Below are positions 13,649-17,705 of a stretch of 17,705 nucleotides of DNA, piece by piece. The notes beneath the pieces are model-generated. The model saw nothing but the letters and a program-made list of their open reading frames with translations. It was not told the DNA's origin and ran no database searches. The DNA is from a virus. Position numbers and translations under genes: made by a program. Where the stretch lies: positions 1 through 17,705 of the IMG/VR virus record IMGVR_UViG_3300045988_119088. One strand, 5' to 3'. The number at the start of each line of letters is the position of its first letter. The stretch's first letter is position 1.

Positions 13649-14512
13649 ATGGCAATAGTTAAAGGACGCGAATTTTGGCAAAGCGCAAGCTATAATAACG
13701 CAACGTTTATGCAGTATTATAACCGCCTTGTAGAGCTTGCAATTTCCATGTTTGACTGGAAAAACCTCCCCGAGACTATAGATGCACGTTTTCTTGAACT
13801 TGCTCTATTTGGAGACGGCATGGCTGTATTCTTTGAGGATAAAACTATAGGGTATCTTGCATTGCGTACTACCATTGGTGGGAGACTTAATCTTTATAAC
13901 ATCCCAACAGATAGACGCGCATATGCTAGTAATGGTTATAACATGCCACTAACCCAAGATAATAGCGTCATCATTTGGAATAACCTAATGCATACAAACA
14001 GTGTGCTTGAAGTCAGTAATTTTTCAAAAAGGCTTTGGGATTTAGACAGAACCATTGATGTTAACGCAAAAGCACAGAAAACACCCATCTTGATTAGGTG
14101 TGATGAAAGCCAAAGACTTACGCTTAAAAATTTGTATAAGCAGTATACGGGAAACGAACCGGTCATTTATGGTGACAAGGGGCTTTCAATAAAACCAATA
14201 GAGGTTCTTACGACTGGCGCGCCTTATGTGTGTGATAAGATATATGAACTTAAAACGCAAATATGGAATGAGGCTCTAACTTATCTCGGCATATCTAACG
14301 TGAGTTATCAGAAAAAAGAGCGCCTGTTGCGAGATGAAGTGCAGCGTAATTTAGGCGGTACGATTGCGTCAAGGTATTCAAGGCTTGAAGCTAGACGGCA
14401 AGCAGCAAAAGAAATAAACCGTATGTTCGGACTGAATATTGAGGTTAATTTTAGGGAGGACTTTACACTAGCAGTTGACGAGCTTGAAGATGAGGTGGAT
14501 GAGGATGAGTAA
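13649..14512 (+). CDS. Portal / upper collar connector, phi29 gp10-like
   Basis: QKTPILIRCDESQRLTLKNLYKQYTGNEPVIYG...APYVCDKIYELKTQIWNEALTYLGISN...KKERLL matches recalled gp10 [32 protein letters not shown]...APYVVDKL...WNEMMTFLGIKN..KKERMV. I prefer the ATG at 13649 (AGGTGA RBS) over the track's TTG at 13631. Confidence 0.92.
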   Translation: MAIVKGREFWQSASYNNATFMQYYNRLVELAISMFDWKNLPETIDARFLELALFGDGMAVFFEDKTIGYLALRTTIGGRLNLYNIPTDRRAYASNGYNMPLTQDNSVIIWNNLMHTNSVLEVSNFSKRLWDLDRTIDVNAKAQKTPILIRCDESQRLTLKNLYKQYTGNEPVIYGDKGLSIKPIEVLTTGAPYVCDKIYELKTQIWNEALTYLGISNVSYQKKERLLRDEVQRNLGGTIASRYSRLEARRQAAKEINRMFGLNIEVNFREDFTLAVDELEDEVDEDE

Positions 14513-15206
14513 ATACACCACTGAGGTTAGGTATATCTGCGCAAGTAAATCTAAACTGCCTGAAAGCGGCTATTTTGCTAGCGGCAAGAAAATTACTCCG
14601 CAGGATTATTGTGCCGCAGCTATGCAGGAAATTTTCGACGAGTTTATCGTCAACATGTATGCCGATATAGGGCATGCCGATGTGCTCACTAAAATACTGT
14701 ACCACTATTATACTAGGGAAATTGCCTTTGAAACCTATTATCTTTGGAAGGCGAATATGAACCGTTTCATGTGGGAACATTTTTCTGAGTATAAAGAGCT
14801 GTATAAAAGCATTGATGTTCAGTACGACATGTTTAATGATGTGGACGTTAGGAGAGAGCATTCGGGTGAGAACTCTAGTAATGTTGAAAGCAAGACAAAC
14901 ATCGGCAACAAACAAAGCGGAAAAACCACCCAAAAATACTCAGACACGCCGCAGGGAGCGCTCGTTGGGCTTGAAGCTGACAGATATCTATCGTCTGCAC
15001 AGATTGTTGAGAATGCTAGTAGCGGAGACGCATCCGGAAATGCTAGCAGCGACGGAAAAGGCACTGAACATTATGTGGAGACTGTTAAGGGCAAACAAGG
15101 TAATAGGGCTTATAGTCAGCTTGTAGTTGATTACCGCAAAGCTATTATGAACGTAGATATGCGAATTATTAACGACATTTCGGATATGTTCTTTAATCTT
15201 TGGTAA
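14505..15206 (+). CDS. Lower collar protein, phi29 gp11-like (233 aa)
   Basis: It follows the portal gene, and its start overlaps the portal stop (ATGAGTAA). HYYTREIAFET, YSDTPQG and NVDMRIINDISDMFFNLW resemble the lower-collar family as I recall it. I prefer the ATG at 14505 over the track's TTG at 14475. Confidence 0.75.
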   Translation: MSKYTTEVRYICASKSKLPESGYFASGKKITPQDYCAAAMQEIFDEFIVNMYADIGHADVLTKILYHYYTREIAFETYYLWKANMNRFMWEHFSEYKELYKSIDVQYDMFNDVDVRREHSGENSSNVESKTNIGNKQSGKTTQKYSDTPQGALVGLEADRYLSSAQIVENASSGDASGNASSDGKGTEHYVETVKGKQGNRAYSQLVVDYRKAIMNVDMRIINDISDMFFNLW

Positions 15207-15219
15207 AGGAGAGATTTGC

Positions 15220-17550
15220 ATGATTGAAAAACTTAAATGGATAACATGGAGCATTCTACCTCTTGTATATGACGAAAGCTTGTCATATGTAGAGCTGCTA
15301 GACAAAGTTATTGCAAAACTGAATGAGGTTATCGAAGCAACCAATAACTTCACTAAGCCTGTACAGGAAACTATCGAGGCGTGGCTTAAATCTGCCGAGG
15401 GACAGGCTGCGGTAGAACAGAGCGTTGGCGAGTTTATAGAGGAATATTCTAAAACGCCTAGTTTCCGACAGGTGCTTGTTGCTGCGTTGAGTAGTCAAAG
15501 CGCTGAAATACAGGCAGCAGCTAAAGAGGCGACCAACGAGTACCTTTCAAGCACGGGCGGCACAGCGCTTATTGAAAAAGAAGTTGACTTGTTCCTTGAT
15601 GTGTATGTAAAGAGTAATGCGTTTAAAGAAGTTGTGGGAGATTTTGTACTACAGCTAAATGAAATTCTGCGCGGAGATAAACTTGACATAAAGCAAATTA
15701 CAAGCGCTGATATATTCAGTCGTAATGTTACCCTCACATCCGCTGAAATGAGCAAAGATTATAGCGTTAACCGCCGTTTCTTTGAGATAGGCTTAACCGA
15801 TGCCAATATCGTGATGGGGCAGCCTAACAATTTAAATATGTCACTAGCAGAAAAAGCAAACTTTTCATTTAAGCCGCTCTATATGGGTTTTTCAACTGGT
15901 GATAATAAGAACCAAATTAAAATGGTTGCTGAGCCAACAGACGATAGCGACGTAGCAACTAAGAAATACGTTGACGAAGCTGCTAATAAAAACCCCTACG
16001 GAAACGGATTTGTACTATTCGTCAATATATATCAGGACTCACAAGGCATTTGGAAAAGTGAAAAGCCATTCAGCTATATAAAAGAGAATGTCAATATCGG
16101 AAATACCGTCGTACTGGTTTGTAACCTAAATAACCCTGCCTATCTCACTTATGTTGGCGGCACTGGAACAACAGCCGTCTTTGCCGCAATGCTAGGTGTT
16201 GCAAGTAGTGAAGCACTTACTGCGAATACCAGATATCCGTTGTATTACTATGTAAATACCGTTACTATATCAAGCGATAATAGCGTAAAGGTAGACTCCA
16301 CAACATGGTACGAAAGGAACTATTTGCGCTCTGACGGAAGTATCCCAGCGCGTGGAACTCTATCAATGGGAAATAACCAAATCACAAACCTTGCCGCACC
16401 ATTTAATCCTACAGATGCCGCTAACAAAGAATACGTAGATAGTAACGCGGGCGGCGCAATTATAGCAGAAGTACCACTAACTAGTGAAAACCTTGTTAAC
16501 TCCAAAAGCGGGCTGACATATACAGTAACCGACAGCGAAATTCTTAAAAAAGTACACGCATGGTATTATGCCCATGGTGCTCAAACTTCTGCTGGCGCAT
16601 TCTTGATAAAAGACCAAGACTACTTAGGAACACCCGAGAAGCCTTCATATTGGAGAGTGCAGATTAATAACTCTTATTATGGCGCAGACCAAGATGACGG
16701 CACGGTAGAAATGAGCGGTTCAGGCAGCGGTTTTACCGTACACAGTTTTGTGTATTGCAATTTCCATGCCACTGCAAGTGGCACGGGAGTTATCAGCTTT
16801 TATATCCCGACTAATAATGTGCTAATGGGATATGCAGAATCTATATCGGTATATCGCGATGCTAGCGGAATATTTTGGTCTAATGATGGCGACCATAGTA
16901 CCAAGACAACTACATTGTCAAGCCTAAGTATGCGCAACTTGTGGGATGCAAGCCACGCATATGCAAGCATATATGTGAAGAACGCTGACGGAACAAGTTT
17001 CGATCTAACAGGCGAATTCAATACTAAATCAACAACCGATAATAAGACGGTGTTTGAATTTAGCGCAATAATGCCCGATACTGGCGCACAGGTACTTGTA
17101 CAAAGCACACCCCTTGATAGTAGACCAAATAAGGAGGGTAATGCATACACATTTACAATTAGCAATGTCAGTGCGCAGGTAACACCAACTCCTGTTAAAA
17201 TAACTAGTGTAGGAGATATTTCTGTGCCAAAGGGCACTAAACAGATAACGCTATACTTTACGGATTTTACGACAGCAGCTACTTTTACACCTGCCGTAGG
17301 TGCGCATATTGTGGGGGGTCCTGCTTACAATTTTAAAATTGACCTGACCAGTCAATTTCCCGAAGGCACAAGCGTTACGGGTTATATCACATTTGAAGTA
17401 GACGGGTATGCTAAAGCATATGGCGCTCTCAATGGTAATCTTATAGCCAAATGTAGCACGGATAGCGTAGGGGCTATTGACAGACTAACAAAGGTAAGTT
17501 ACCTCATGGGTGTATCGGCAACCACGCGTGTATACTATGTAGCAAGTTAA
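15220..17550 (+). CDS. Tail appendage / receptor-binding fibre protein (776 aa), in the phi29 gp12 position
   Basis: It is the last late gene after the collar genes. The N-terminus has the fibre-anchor type motif DESLSYVELLDKVIAKLNEV. Two fibre-type motifs are present, DVATKKYVDEAA and DAANKEYVDSNA. The C-terminal half is unassigned. Confidence 0.7.
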   Translation: MIEKLKWITWSILPLVYDESLSYVELLDKVIAKLNEVIEATNNFTKPVQETIEAWLKSAEGQAAVEQSVGEFIEEYSKTPSFRQVLVAALSSQSAEIQAAAKEATNEYLSSTGGTALIEKEVDLFLDVYVKSNAFKEVVGDFVLQLNEILRGDKLDIKQITSADIFSRNVTLTSAEMSKDYSVNRRFFEIGLTDANIVMGQPNNLNMSLAEKANFSFKPLYMGFSTGDNKNQIKMVAEPTDDSDVATKKYVDEAANKNPYGNGFVLFVNIYQDSQGIWKSEKPFSYIKENVNIGNTVVLVCNLNNPAYLTYVGGTGTTAVFAAMLGVASSEALTANTRYPLYYYVNTVTISSDNSVKVDSTTWYERNYLRSDGSIPARGTLSMGNNQITNLAAPFNPTDAANKEYVDSNAGGAIIAEVPLTSENLVNSKSGLTYTVTDSEILKKVHAWYYAHGAQTSAGAFLIKDQDYLGTPEKPSYWRVQINNSYYGADQDDGTVEMSGSGSGFTVHSFVYCNFHATASGTGVISFYIPTNNVLMGYAESISVYRDASGIFWSNDGDHSTKTTTLSSLSMRNLWDASHAYASIYVKNADGTSFDLTGEFNTKSTTDNKTVFEFSAIMPDTGAQVLVQSTPLDSRPNKEGNAYTFTISNVSAQVTPTPVKITSVGDISVPKGTKQITLYFTDFTTAATFTPAVGAHIVGGPAYNFKIDLTSQFPEGTSVTGYITFEVDGYAKAYGALNGNLIAKCSTDSVGAIDRLTKVSYLMGVSATTRVYYVAS

Positions 17551-17556
17551 TTCTAT

Positions 17557-17591
17557 GGCGCTACTCATTTGAGTAGCGCCACTTTATATTT
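17557..17591 (+). terminator. Rho-independent terminator of the late operon, overlapping the inner edge of the right ITR
   Basis: A 10-bp stem, GGCGCTACTC/GAGTAGCGCC, with loop ATTT, followed by ACTTTATATTT. The last 4 stem bases lie inside the ITR. Confidence 0.75.
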
Positions 17592-17705
17592 GTGCAACTT
17601 ACACAATGCACTGTAGTGTACATAGTGCCAGGGTGTTGTGTGGTGCTGTGTGATTTGTACTGTGTTGCGTTGGGGAAATGGGAACGTTGGCGAGAATGGG
17701 TGAGC
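17577..17705. repeat. Right inverted terminal repeat (129 bp)
   Basis: Exact reverse complement of 1-129. Confidence 0.97.

Larger units (their letters stand above)
1..17705. other. Complete linear protein-primed (phi29-like) podophage genome
   Basis: Perfect ITRs lie at both window ends. A terminal-protein candidate, protein-primed family-B DNAP, gp16-like ATPase and gp7/8/9/10/11/12-like structural genes are all present. No integrase or host genes are visible. Confidence 0.85.

Noticed and set aside
1-17705. Searched by eye for tRNA genes, CRISPR arrays, lysogeny genes (integrase, repressor) and toxin-antitoxin pairs.
   Set aside because: I found no cloverleaf-capable conserved tRNA motifs, no regularly spaced direct repeats, and no recombinase or HTH-repressor-like ORFs. 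The genome looks strictly lytic. A tRNAscan/CRISPR-finder run would confirm this.

Overview
The window looks like one complete linear genome of a small phi29-like podophage that replicates by protein priming (Salasmaviridae/Guelinviridae-like). It is bounded by perfect 129-bp inverted terminal repeats at 1-129 and 17577-17705. Coding density is very high, Shine-Dalgarno sites are strong GGAGG-type (Firmicute-like), and I see no integrase, tRNA or CRISPR.

Left arm, + strand: a short promoter-proximal operon at 234-1590 includes a minimal C5-methyltransferase-like gene. A replication operon at 1799-6576 follows in phi29 order: p6-like DNA-binding protein, p5-like SSB, terminal protein, family-B DNA polymerase. 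After these come a Lar-like zinc-ribbon fusion and several small ORFs. Two of them are Cys-rich ORFs under 60 aa that the supplied ORF track misses.

Centre: the gp16-like packaging ATPase (6728-7765) is the only minus-strand gene. It lies between a bidirectional terminator and a 50-bp quasi-palindromic pair of back-to-back consensus promoters.

Right arm, + strand (7881-17550): two small ORFs, a holin, an amidase with a single SLH-like motif, a tail-lysozyme-like hydrolase, scaffold, BIG2-tailed major capsid, tail knob, portal, lower collar and appendage/fibre.

Most worth a second look:
- the twin-promoter architecture and two promoter sequence classes, with no phi29 p4-like gene in the equivalent position
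- a roughly 150-nt structured untranslated leader, a possible pRNA-like RNA
- termini with no reiteration for sliding-back
- a 14-mer shared by two regulatory regions
- the MTase-like and Lar-like candidate anti-restriction genes

All homology calls rest on motifs and on phi29 protein sequences recalled from memory. No database search was run.
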